Source: Nemertoderma westbladi
Lineage: Eukaryota; Animalia; Xenacoelomorpha
Direction: 5' to 3'
Assembly (NCBI GenBank): GCA_032718475.1
Contig: JAUCBJ010000675.1
Location: forward strand, 1-64,000
Length of the DNA: 64,000 nucleotides
The translations under genes were made by a program, and so were the position numbers. The notes below the pieces were generated by a model. That model was not told where the DNA came from. It saw only the letters and a list, made by a program, of their open reading frames with translations, and made no database searches. This document shows positions 13,310 to 24,631 of the stretch, in pieces. Every line of letters starts with the position of its first letter. Within the stretch, counting starts at the first letter, position 1.

Positions 13310-15853
13310 CTATTCAGCTATTTGCGGTAAAATTTCGTATTGCTCCAGATCTCCCATAAAATATGTTCTTCCACCCAACTGGATATCTTTACAAACAGCG
13401 GTATACCCTCTGAAATATTTGTCTCGATCTCCCCTCAATGGCGCCCCCATCCTCTTGCCATCATCACGTTTATGTACGGCCTTCCGCGATTGGCTGGAAA
13501 CTGAATTATCAACTTCGTGTTGCCATTCTGAGTTGATTTCCTTGAATTTGTTAGACTCTAGGCCTACTGTGGTAGGTTTGTTACGCAAGACAGCCAACCC
13601 TTCAGTGGGTGGAGGCACCTCTAATACCTGCTGCAACACTTCAACCAGGACATTGGGTTCATCTACAGAAGGTGGGACGCCAGAGCTGAACGTATTCCAT
13701 ACCCAATCCTTTTCTGGCATCCACGCACTAGTGCAGTAACCCGGTTCCAACAGATTTGTGTTAGCGGAGTGCTCCTTGCTTTTATTAGCTCTGCCGACCT
13801 CCACAGATTTCGTGGCCTCATCTTGCGATATAAGTAAGGAACTGACAACCAACAGTTTCGCAGGATTTGGCTCCTCGACGTATATAGGATTAGCATCCGG
13901 GCGTCGATCTTGCTTCCGGGTGCCCCATGTGTCCGAGAGTTCTACATAGACAGGGATCTCTACATTTTCGTTGTTGGTAGAAATGTCAGCTAACAACACC
14001 TCATACTTCGGCTTATACTGTTGAAACTGAACCTCAATAGCTTCGACAATTGATATGCAATCTATAGGGATTTCTTGTGGTCTTTCTTCACAAACCTCTA
14101 CAACATGAAATATCTCCTCTTGTTGAGGGCAGGTTTCAAGAACAGGATCCTGAAAATTATCCAAGAGCAATTTTTGACTTATTATTGCAGATGTTGTTTG
14201 GGGTATTTGCATTTCTTCGTTATCTGCCAGAGCAGGGACCAGTTCATCTACTTTGTTAGCAATGCTAGTGTCCATAACACTGTCGTCGTCCAGTAGTTTT
14301 GGGGGTGGTGATGCCCGTGGAGATATCATGCCCATGCTTGTATCAATGTCTTGATCCGTAAACCAGTCCATTTCATCGGTGTTACTAGATCCTTCGCTGG
14401 AAAATGATTCATTCGATGTCGAATTTGTTCGCTGCCGTTTCAATGTTTTCCTGCAGTTCGTCAGCCAACCTGAACCATCCGCGCTTAATAAAATCCTGGA
14501 CGAATTGATATCTTGACTGGATACCTGCCGAACCGGTCTGTAAACCTTCCCATGCATTCGCTTACATTTTTGCTTCTTAAATTTTCGTAACTTCATTGGT
14601 GATGGGATGAAAGTTTCATCTTCATTCGCATCACACATTTGTCTCTTCTTCGGATTAAAATTTAAATTTGTTGCGATTAAATCTTGAACATAGGCAGCTT
14701 CATCACGAACTGTCTCAAAAAATTGGCTTCCCATGAAAACGGACTTTTTGGTGGCGGCTTTAGTATAGGGCATTTTCAGTGGATTTTCTTTTCCCCAATA
14801 AATATCCTTTACTAGACTTGGTGTTTCTCCGTAATACTCATCGACGCTTAGAAGACCAAATTCCAGGCTTCTGTCTAGAATAATATTGATTTCAAAGTCC
14901 TCATCTTCAATTCCAAACGGATTGATAAGACTCTCGGCTACTTTCAACCACCCGAAGTAGAAAATAAAATGGAGGAATGGGAAAAACGGGAAGTAGGATA
15001 AGAATATATCTTTGTAGGCAGATGGCAAATAGTCGCTGTGGCTTTCGATTTGGGCATAAATGGTCGTACTGTTGTCTGACTCGGGGATGTGCTGCGAACC
15101 AAAAAGGCTAGCGAACGAATACATGTAGACAACCCAAGTGACAACCTGAGTATAGACCATGGGAACGCAAACCCAGTCATACGCTAAGATCGTTCCTAGT
15201 GATTTCCTGTATTTAAGCAAAGACAATTGCAGTTCGTAGTATAAAGCTTCACAAGGAATGCGACCTTCTGTCCTGGCGTGCTTGAGAATATGATGCGCCC
15301 AGTTAAAAGGGACCCAATACTTACAATGATCAGATTCAATTGAATTTATCATGTGGATTTCTTGAGGTGAAGCCAACCCTGCTTCAATGATATGGTTGTC
15401 TGTTGGAAATCGTCTCTTTATCTGTTTAGATGTCCTCTGGAACATGATAACATAGCCAACCAAAACATACCTTATTACTGAACGTCGCAACATCTTCCCA
15501 CGTTCATCGTTGCCTTCAAGGCTAACGCTAAGTAATGCTCCAATCTCATCCACACCCGGAATGTAAACAAACTGTTGCCACCACACCTTTACAATAAGAG
15601 TTACATAGAAACCAAGAATAAAAGGCAATGGTATTGACGTTTTGAAATTTTTACAATAAATACAGACGTCCTCATATAGTTGTTTGGGAAGAGGGTATTT
15701 TGTTATAACGAACTGATACACTATTTCCAGACTGTAATAGAGACACATAAATATAAATAGTTCTTTCCAAACCAACTTGTAAATGGATCCTTTCCAACGG
15801 AATAACAACCGGACGAATCCCCTTTTCGCAGCTTCGGCATAAGACACCGTCAT
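13310..15853 (-). CDS. Bestrophin family anion channel, 847 aa, intronless, with a long acidic low-complexity C-terminal tail
   Basis: MTVSY...RLLFRWKGSIYKL, IPLPFILGFYV, KRRFPT (RFP motif), YDWVCVPMVYTQVV, GWLKVAESLINPFG; one uninterrupted ORF. Confidence 0.96.
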   Translation of the reverse strand: MTVSYAEAAKRGFVRLLFRWKGSIYKLVWKELFIFMCLYYSLEIVYQFVITKYPLPKQLYEDVCIYCKNFKTSIPLPFILGFYVTLIVKVWWQQFVYIPGVDEIGALLSVSLEGNDERGKMLRRSVIRYVLVGYVIMFQRTSKQIKRRFPTDNHIIEAGLASPQEIHMINSIESDHCKYWVPFNWAHHILKHARTEGRIPCEALYYELQLSLLKYRKSLGTILAYDWVCVPMVYTQVVTWVVYMYSFASLFGSQHIPESDNSTTIYAQIESHSDYLPSAYKDIFLSYFPFFPFLHFIFYFGWLKVAESLINPFGIEDEDFEINIILDRSLEFGLLSVDEYYGETPSLVKDIYWGKENPLKMPYTKAATKKSVFMGSQFFETVRDEAAYVQDLIATNLNFNPKKRQMCDANEDETFIPSPMKLRKFKKQKCKRMHGKVYRPVRQVSSQDINSSRILLSADGSGWLTNCRKTLKRQRTNSTSNESFSSEGSSNTDEMDWFTDQDIDTSMGMISPRASPPPKLLDDDSVMDTSIANKVDELVPALADNEEMQIPQTTSAIISQKLLLDNFQDPVLETCPQQEEIFHVVEVCEERPQEIPIDCISIVEAIEVQFQQYKPKYEVLLADISTNNENVEIPVYVELSDTWGTRKQDRRPDANPIYVEEPNPAKLLVVSSLLISQDEATKSVEVGRANKSKEHSANTNLLEPGYCTSAWMPEKDWVWNTFSSGVPPSVDEPNVLVEVLQQVLEVPPPTEGLAVLRNKPTTVGLESNKFKEINSEWQHEVDNSVSSQSRKAVHKRDDGKRMGAPLRGDRDKYFRGYTAVCKDIQLGGRTYFMGDLEQYEILPQIAE

Positions 15854-17476
15854 CTCAAAATGTACAGCTAATAATGACTACAATGCGGATATTACTCAAT
15901 TTTGATGTACAGGCCTGTATTCAATAATAATAATCTAGTATCGAACACTAGAACATGTGGTGTATCTAGGACAACACCTGTGTGCAACGGCACGGCCATT
16001 TTATTGTCAAACCTCATAAATGTAAGTCCCGATGAAGGAACGAAGGAAGGCTACTGGTATAAACCGAACTGCTTTTAGCTTTCAAACGTTTTTTTTTGGC
16101 TATTTTAGATCATAATTTTTGTAATTATGATTAATGTTCTTGAACAAATATGGCATTGTGGGACTCAACAAACTCGTATTTAATTTTCATGGTCGTAAAA
16201 AGTATTTTTAATTATACGTATTAAGAAAGTTGACATTATTTTATCTGATGTTATTATGAATCGATCATTACAATTTGAATCGATCATTACAATTTGATTA
16301 CATGCATCAATGTCATTACTACCCTTGGCGTTGATTAATTCCCTTAAATTAAGGGGCGGGGGGGATGGTGGGGGGGGGGGGGGGGGAAACAAATTATTAA
16401 TAATTATTCTAAAAAACTGCATTTTTTGATGTGAATAAATTAAGTTATTGTACTGTTTAGTGAACAACATTAATAATTTTTAATACAATTTATAGTACTT
16501 ATTGTTTGTTACATTATGTTAACTTATCAATGTCCTGGTGATATCCTCGAAACGCAGCAAAGTAATCACTAACTTAGTAACAATTATCTTCTAGTACACA
16601 TCTTGTGTATTCTCCATTGATGATGGTATTGCTATGTGTAAGATTATTTACGTAAAGTTATTGCAGTAACTGTAAGAAAATTACATAAAAATGATATGAA
16701 TTTCATTTGCGCCTAAATATTACAACATTCAAGCTAATAATTTATCATTTAGAACGCCGATAATTTGACATAATGTAACAACATTACGTACGTTAACGTG
16801 TGAAAATGGCACTATTCAGCTTTTATGACCTTTGTATATTTATGTAAACCTTTCTCGTTGCGCTCGCTCTGTGCATAAATAAATACTGCACGTGTGGAGC
16901 AGCCATCTTATAATAATATAGCTAGGCCCTACTGGTTATTAATAGCTATACCCCGCCTACCGGTAGGTAATGCAGTAGGCCTATCTGGCTGTCAGGCAAA
17001 TTTCCACCTATTGTTTGTGGTAACCAATGACGGCGTTAAGTAATGTCCACTAAGCACTAAGGGGACATTGCTTAACGGAAAACACCAAATACAATACTAA
17101 ATGTACAGGCCAATACAATGCTGTAATGTCCTCTAAAGTTGTAAAGTGCTAAATAACAACTCGCTGTTAATACTACCGGCGTTGAGTAATGTTACAATTT
17201 TGAAATAAAAAATATGTTTTCCTATCTTATACGCATAACTTATAAAATTTTTTTCAAATGTTCCTTTAGATGCTTTGTAAAAACGCACCGCTGGCTGATA
17301 CGTAATAAATAATTAAATAGTAAACTGTTATGTACAGATAGATGTACAGAATTCCGCAATAAATATTTTCGAAAGTGCCAAATTAATATCGGAACATCAG
17401 GGAAATACATGTAATTATTATGACAGATTAAATTACTCTGCAACTCTAATAAAAGACCAAAAGTATATAAAAAATC

Positions 17477-17720
17477 GAGACAGGGGGGAACCTGGACGCA
17501 AATCCCATCTTGGCGAATTAATATCCCGCCTCAATGTTAAATTCTCAATTTAGGGAAAGGAGCAGGTTACAGTGGCACGTTATTTTAACCAAAACAATAA
17601 ATAATAATAAATATTTAAATAGATAAATAAATAAGTTTTATTTTTGAGAGCAAGCAGCTGTTATTTGCGTCGAATTTCCCCTGGAGAGGGATGAATTTTT
17701 ACGTTTCCCACCCTATCTGA
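17477..17720 (+). mobile_element. ~250-bp MITE family copy (other copies or fragments at ~25046-25181, ~31420-31560, ~34218-34350, ~54845-54900, ~60082-60332)
   Basis: Shared core AGGGAAAGGAGCAGGTTACAGTGGCACGTTATTTTAACCAAAAC; inverted (CT)GGACGCAA / TTGCGTCC subterminal motifs; ends resemble GAG(A/G)CAGGGG. Confidence 0.75.
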
Positions 17721-17963
17721 AAAAATCACCCAAAGGTAGAGCAGACAATATATTTTTAACGAATAAGGAATCGTTAAAAACAGGATTGCTCTTCGTCGAT
17801 GACAAACCAACATTATATAGCGGGAAATGTAAATTCTCCAAAGAGCAAAGTAACCTGATTTTAATGACTCTTCAAACTGTCAGACAGTGTCAGTTCACAG
17901 AAACATACAGACATATTATAGCTAAGCTAGAGTGCTAGAGACAAACTATTCTGTCGACTTACA

Positions 17964-18726
17964 ATGTCGGACTGGGAGACAAACATTCCCTTATTAAAGA
18001 TTGATCGACGCAACTTTGATGCAACACTAAAGTCCGTAAAGTCAGCTATAAGCGAAGCGACGTTCGTGGCGATGGATCTGGAACTGAGCGGGTTGGGGGA
18101 TCGACGGAAGTTCATCGTCCCGACCGTGGACGAGCGATACGAGGGTATTGCGGCCGCGGCCAAGACCCGCGCCATAGTCAGCGTCGGGGTCTCCTGCTAC
18201 ACCATGGTAACCCTAACCAGTGACGTCACCACAATGACGTTCCGAGTTGATTCCTTTGAGTTCGCGGTTCTCTGCACGGACCACTTCGTGGTAGACCCGG
18301 TTTCCTGCACATTCTTGGTCCGTCACGGATTCGACTTCAACCATATGTTTACCCACGGACTTCCCTATCGGAGGGGCAACGACAAATCCAAGGAGCCCAG
18401 TTCGAGCCCTCCCGACTTCCGACATCTGTTTTCTTTCCTCCTGGCCGCGAAGAAGCCCATAGTTCTGCACAACGGGTTCCTTGATTTGGTATTTATTTAC
18501 GATAACTTTTACTGCGAACTGCCCCGGAAGTTGGAGCGATTCGTCGCCGACCTCTGCGAGATGTTCCCCGCGGGTTTATTCGACACGAAGTATCTCTCGG
18601 ACTTCCGGGGTCGTTTCGGGGCCAGTTTCCTGGGCTACGCGTTCCGCGCCGCCCAGCGTCTGAACGCGCGGAGCCGGACGAGCGTAGCGATGCGGTTCCC
18701 GAGGCCGGACGAGGCCTCCCGAGTGG
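17964..18726 (+). CDS. TOE1: TOE1 (Target of EGR1 / CAF1Z) DEDD deadenylase, 5' part (exon 1 if the insertion is spliced)
   Basis: ATFVAMDLELSGLGDRR (ExoI D-x-E), ERYEGIAAAAKTRAIVSVGVSC, FLVRHGFDFN, KPIVLHNGFLDLVFIY, FDTKYL: close match to TOE1. Confidence 0.93.
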
Positions 18727-20128
18727 GTAATGGTGAAAAATATCGAGACTTGAAAAATATCGAGAGTAAAAATAACGAGAGTAAAAATATCGAGAGTAAA
18801 AATAACGAGTGTTGAAAATTAACGTGATTAAAAAATATCGAGAGTAAAAATAACGCGAGATGAAAAATATCGAAAATAACGAGTGTTGAAAAATATCGAG
18901 TGTTGAAAAATATCGAGAGTAAAAATATCGAGTGTTGAAAAATATCGAGAGTAAAAATATCGAGTGTTGAAAAATATCGAGAGTAAAAATATCGAGTGTT
19001 GAAAAATATCGAGAGTAAAAATATCGAGTGTTGAAAAATATCGAGTGTTGAAAAATATCGAGTGTTATCGAGGTAAAAATATCGAGTGTTGAAAAATATC
19101 GAGAGTAAAAATATCGAGTGTTGAAAAATATCGAGTGTTGAAAAATATCGAGTGTTGAAAAATATCGAGAGTAAAAATATCGAGTGTTGAAAAATATCGA
19201 GAGTAAAAATATCGAGTGTTGAAAAATATCGAGTGTTGAAAAATATCGAGAGTAAAAATATCGAGTGTTGAAAAATATCGAGTGTTGAAAAATATCGAGA
19301 GTAAAAATATTGCATTTTGCTTGAGCATTTTATTTAGAATTATGGAACAATATTGCAGTGCATGGGTTACAACAGTGCAAGTGCAAGTGAATGGCATTAT
19401 GTAATACACCTTGGGTACCCATTTACCAGATTTATTATACTAGCTAGTTTTTGCTATTTTTTTAATAAATATTATAAAAGAAGTGCTAGCTATAAATTTT
19501 GATAAATATTATAAATATTGTTAAATATTATATTAGAACACGTATAAGCTACCAAATGTTGATAAATATTGTTGTTCTAGAACATTTTTAGTAAAAAAAA
19601 TTATCATACAACCCTTATTTAAAAAAATTGTTACCATATCTGTAAATATTTTTAAATCGATATTTTTACTCGATATTTTTCAACACTCGATATTTTTCAA
19701 CACTCGATATTTTTACTCTCGATATTTTTCAACACTCGATATTTTTACTCTCGATATTTTTCAACACTCGATATTTTTACCTCGATATTTTTCACCTCGA
19801 TATTTTTACTCTCGATATTTTTCAACACTCGATATTTTTACTCTCGATATTTTTCAACACTCGATATTTTTACTCTCGATATTTTTCAACACTCGATATT
19901 TTTACTCTCGATATTTTTCAACACTCGATATTTTTACTCTCGATATTTTTACTCTCGATATTTTTCAACACTCGGTATTTTTACTCTCGATATTTTTACC
20001 CTCGATATTTTTACTCTCGATATTTTTTGAACTCTCGATATTATCGTTATTTTTCAACACTCGATGTTTTTACTCGCGTTATTTTTACTCTCGATATTTT
20101 TCATGTCTCGATATTTTTCAATATAACC
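18727..20128. mobile_element. Foldback-type non-autonomous DNA element (MULE/FB-like) with repeat-built inverted arms, inserted in the TOE1 CDS
   Basis: Left arm (18727-19310) of AAAAATATCGAG(AGT/TGTTG) repeats, AT-rich spacer, inverted right arm (~19656-20128). Direct repeat CCCGAGTG(G) at 18718-18726 and 20129-20137 gives an 8-9 bp TSD. Confidence 0.93.
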
Positions 20129-20134
20129 CCCGAG

Positions 20135-21119
20135 TGGCGTACCAACGATTCCCGGTGCCTAGCCACCGGGAAGCCGTCGCCACCACGACCGCGGAATTCT
20201 GCCCCAAGTACTCGGCCTACGGTTACTGCAACAACCGAGAGTGCAAACTGTCGCACAATCTCGACGGTATTCTAGATAAACATTTGCACAGAAAGTGTCG
20301 CAGGAGTAAACGGCGTAACAGATCGAAAGATATGCAACCGGAAGTTAATCCGGAATCAGAAGTTAAAACTGAACAAGAAGTTAATCTGGAACCGGAAGTT
20401 AATCTGGAACCGGAAGTTAATCTGGAACCGGAAGTTAATCTGGAACCGGAAGTTAATCTGGAACCGGAAGTTAATCTGGAACCGGAAGTTAATCTGGAAC
20501 CGGAAGTTAAACGGAATCGGAAGATATTCCGAACTCGGAGTGCCATCGGGACTCAGAATATATTCCGAACACTGTAATGGAAGTGAATGGCGACGACCCC
20601 AATACTTCCGACTACCCACTGGGTGCCAACGACACAGACGGGAGGCACACATCGGGGCACGGCGGGGGGCACACAGCGGGGTACGACGGGGGGCACACAG
20701 CGGGGTACGACGGGGGGCACACAGCGGGGTACGACGGGGGGCACACAGCGGGGTACGACGGGGGGCACACAGCGGGGTACGACGGGGGGCACACGGCGGG
20801 GTACGACGGGGGGCACACAGCGGGGTACGACGGGGGGCACACAGCGGGGTACGACGGGGGGCACACAGCGGGGTACGACGGGGGGCACACGGCGGGGTAC
20901 GACGCACTCATGACTGGGTTCGTCTTCGCATACTTCCTCCGACAATCGACAGACGACTCCGCCGTACACAACGGAGATTTCGGTCGGTTTAACATGTCTG
21001 AAGCGGCGAATAAACTCAGTTTGGCCTGTAAAGACGTCCCTTTATTGGTGCAGAAGAGTTACTACGCGAAAACATCCCAGAATCACAAACTTAAAATAAT
21101 TAAAATATTTCCAGTCTAG
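20135..21119 (+). CDS. TOE1: TOE1 3' part: CCCH zinc finger, basic NLS, EVNLEP repeats, tandem HTAGYD motifs, C-terminal NKL...KDVPLLVQKS; one 1-nt frameshift at ~20510
   Basis: FCPKYSAYGYCNNRECKLSHNLD (CCCH), HRKCRRSKRRNRSK, HTAGYDALMTGFVFA (TOE1 has HRAGFDAFMTG). Adding one A at 20509-20511 gives a 582-aa product with exon 1. Confidence 0.88.
20338..20510 (+). repeat. 18-bp coding minisatellite (CCGGAAGTTAATCTGGAA; PEVNLE)
   Basis: About 9-10 copies in frame within TOE1. Confidence 0.92.
20664..20903 (+). repeat. 24-bp coding minisatellite encoding (GGHTAGYD)x10
   Basis: Ten near-identical units, preceded by one degenerate GRHTSGHG unit. Confidence 0.95.
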
Positions 21120-21935
21120 CGCGTTTATCTAATACAGTCCGTGCTTATCTTCCGTATTTTTGGCAATGCAGTAAATTTATTTTGATTAAATTTTCGTCAT
21201 AACTTCATAACTACTAATTTGGTTGGGTATGGGATGGAGGCTCATAAATTTATTAAAATGTGTTTCTAGAATTGTAATATTGTGGTTGACAAGGTAACCG
21301 AATACAAAGTTCAAACTTTGCACGGAAGTAATTCCAGTCCACGAATATCTCTGGTATTAAGATTTGGCAGATGAGTTAAGGAGATAAAAGTCTATCAAAA
21401 AAATATTTGTAAATCGCATTTGTTTACAATTCCTTTGCCATGGTAACATGTATAATGATAAAATTTATGTATCACCAATTTAATATTTGAAACTTGTTAT
21501 CATTTGCACTTGAAATATCGTGACCAGTGGCCCTATGATTTGTCATGCTATCTCCTTTCTGATTTGGCAGTTTTGATTATGGACATATCTGTGGTGATTC
21601 ACAAATTACGGTCTATAAATAAAAGCTTTAGAAAATGTATTTACACAATGACCCGTAATATAGTGTCATTTTTTCTGATGACACGAATCTGATGTTATCT
21701 GCGCTGCGAGTGCTGTTTAATTTGCAAATAATAATGAGAAAAAACGAATTTATGACTATAAAATAATTGTCTTTATTAAATTAAATGTAACATAGTTTTT
21801 ATAATATTTATACGGCAAACAGGGCCTACAATAAATTTACCAGAAATGATAGCAGAACATTGTATATAGTAAGTAGTGACTAATCGGTCAAGGAATGCAT
21901 GAGACAATACGTAGCTACGAAAGTGGGATTGGACT

Positions 21936-23740
21936 GACTACTACTACTAGGATCGGCATGCTGCATTGCAGCTGCATTTTTAACAATGCTGTGCCGGCTT
22001 GTCGACAAAATTGCGCCGCCATTTTCCGCCAACTCCCGATCACTCATGACATTTGCTAGATCATTCGCATCTTCAAGGCCAGTGTCCTTTAAGATTCGTC
22101 TCAAGAAAGTCATGGGCTATCCACCATGCATATTCACTCCATGAGGCTGCCAAAGCAAAATGATTATGCACTGGCTGGTCCTCACGGTGAAAGCAATGTC
22201 CTGCAAAGCGGAGGCGATTTTGTTCTAGTGTCAAGCTTGGGGGAACCAATGAGATACCCCCAATGTTATATAGTGTCTGGTTGGAGATGTGTGCATTGTA
22301 CTTGACACAATGAACCCGACGTAGCATTCTTGTGAATGTGCCATCCAGAGATTTGGTGTCCTCAGCAGTTAGAGCCCAGCATGGACTCCCATAGAGGAGT
22401 ACTGGAACTACTGCTGCTCTAAATAATCGGACCTTAAGTTTCCGATTAATTCTCGGTGACTTCCAAATCCTGGAAAGCCTATTCAAGGCTGCCCATGCCT
22501 TTCCCTTACGTATTCGAAGGTCCTCACCTGACTTCCGGATCCATGATCCCAGGTAACAGAAGTCGTCCACATGCTCAAGCATACCATCCTTTGAGCTTAT
22601 GCTCATCCGGTCATAGACTTGCTGATGACTTTCAAAGTTACCTGTCAAAATTTTGGTCTTTTTGGAGTTAATAAATAGACCAACACTAGAAGCAGCCTTT
22701 TCTAATGAGCTGAGGAGCCGTTGGGCTCCCTCTAGTGATTCTGAGAGTACTCCTAAGTCGTCAGCAAAGTCTAGATCAGTTAGGTACTTGGCAGGATTTC
22801 CTCGACTTCTGGAGCCAGTAGGTGGAGTTATCATCACCCCATCGTCATTATGATGATCTAAAGACATAGTCACACGGCGTAGAACATAGTCAACCACAAT
22901 TTTATGAACAAAAATGGCGTTGTCTCCTTGGAGGACTCCCCATAATATTTCAAATGGTTCTGTTTCACCATCAACAGTAGACACAAATGTTGTCGAACCA
23001 TCGTATACTGATCTGATTGCTGCAATAACTTCATCAGGAAACCCATATAATGAAAGTATGCTGAACATACGTGAGCGAGAGACTGAATCAAAGGCCTTGA
23101 AGAAGTCAACAAAGATAACAGCCAGAGGCCTATCTTTCTTTTTTGATAACTCTTCAATTATCCTTCTAAGTGCCAAAATGGGCTCCATGGTCCCACGATC
23201 TTTACGGAACCCATTCTGATTTCCACGGAGTAGTCTCTCAATGGGATCCCGGATGCGATTTAATATAATTCTATTGTATAGCTTTGCAGCAATCGAGATC
23301 AATGAGATTCCCCGAAAAGAACCATAGAGTGTTAAGTTGCCCTTCTTGGAAACTGGCACCAACTTATTTGTTTTCATTTCTTGTGGGACTCTTGTTGTTC
23401 TGTACATGTCTACTTATGATGTTTTAGATGAGCTCTAAACACTCAGGTATTTTAGGTCTTAATGCTCTTTGCAGCAGCCTTCATTTCTGCAAAGGAGATA
23501 CCCGTATCGCCAATGGGAATATCTGGGAGTACAGACTCAGGCACCTTTTACTTTTATAAAGTTATCAGGCAATACCCTGTCATTATTGAGGAGCTTTTCA
23601 AAGTGGGCCTTCCAACCATTGAAGCGATTGGCTGGTGAGTAAGCCGTAACCTTGGTGGTTGGTTGGCTTTTCCGCTCAGTAAGCAAGTTGATCGATTTCC
23701 ATGCCTGGGATGATTGCCTTTTTTGTGACTGAAAAAAGGG
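21936..23740 (-). mobile_element. RTE-like LINE, 5'-truncated, RT domain with (TAG)n tail
   Basis: ORF 22073..23407: FRGISLIS, QNGFRKDR, FVDFFKAFDSV, GVLQGD, LDFADDL, FCYLGS. The 3' end is GCCGATCC(TAG)n, and it is near-identical to the copy at 38793-39435. Confidence 0.9.
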
Positions 23741-23792
23741 GCCTACATGAGTTTAAGTGGAAAATAAGTCGGTCTAAGCTTCCTACAGTAAT

Positions 23793-24450
23793 TAAGGCCA
23801 GAGTACCCCCCCCCCCCCCCCCCCCCCCTGTCAAAATTTCAAATGTCTGTTTTTATTTACTCTATAGCAGAATTTAATGAGAATTTCAAATCTGAAAACC
23901 GCTTAGCGAAACCTCTTTTAGTTCTCGAGTTATCGCTGTTTTCCTGTTTGACGGTGTGCCAGTCAAATTGTAAGACAGACAGACAACCGACATACAGGCA
24001 GACAGACTAGATTCCACCAAAATTTAAAACTGACATCTGAAATGAAATCAGCGACCCCGAAAACCCCCATAATGAAAGTTTTAGCCCGGCGATGTGCTTC
24101 GTTCGTTCCAGAAGTGATTAACCAGTCAGACCACAGAGCCACTTTTGGCGGGAAGGTTTAAACTTTGAAGGCAATTATATTAATAAATATTAATTAATTT
24201 ACTTAAAAAGGCAAAACTAAAAATTTTAACCGATAACCGATCCGATTACGGAGCTCACCTCCGTAATTCGAAAAAAATTTGTTTCAGACAATTTGACCTA
24301 AAATTGAATGTCTAGTACAGTAGCATGTCATCCGCAAATCTTGTTTCATTCAATGGCCGTTAGAGGGCGAGTGAAAATTTGAACATTTTTCGAAAAAAAC
24401 AAATGTTTAGCTATATTTTAACAGCCCATACTGTATAAAATCATAATATA
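23793..24450. mobile_element. Unclassified non-autonomous element fragment
   Basis: TTAAGGCCAGAGTAC plus poly-C start, (GACA)n microsatellite and typical TE-subterminal sequence; partner end not found. Confidence 0.35.
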
Positions 24451-24631
24451 AAAAAATAAAAATAAAGTAATAAACCAAAACGCAAACGGCTGCTGTAATC
24501 TGAATGAAATTCAAAGTTTTTTATCGCTCGTTTTATCGCATTTATTTTCCTCATAACTCTTAGATTCCACTGCTCCATTGTATGTTTGGGTACTGTTACA
24601 CGCCTCCGTTCTCCACCCAACCCAAACTTAC

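Noticed and set aside
18635-19409. Hydrophobic repeat ORFs (STLDIFQHSIFLL...)
   Set aside because: Translations of the foldback element arms.
20540-20995. Alternative-frame repeat ORFs (RRGAHSGV, PPVVPRCV, AVCPPSYP)
   Set aside because: Other frames of the 24-bp repeat; only the HTAGYD frame continues into conserved TOE1 sequence.
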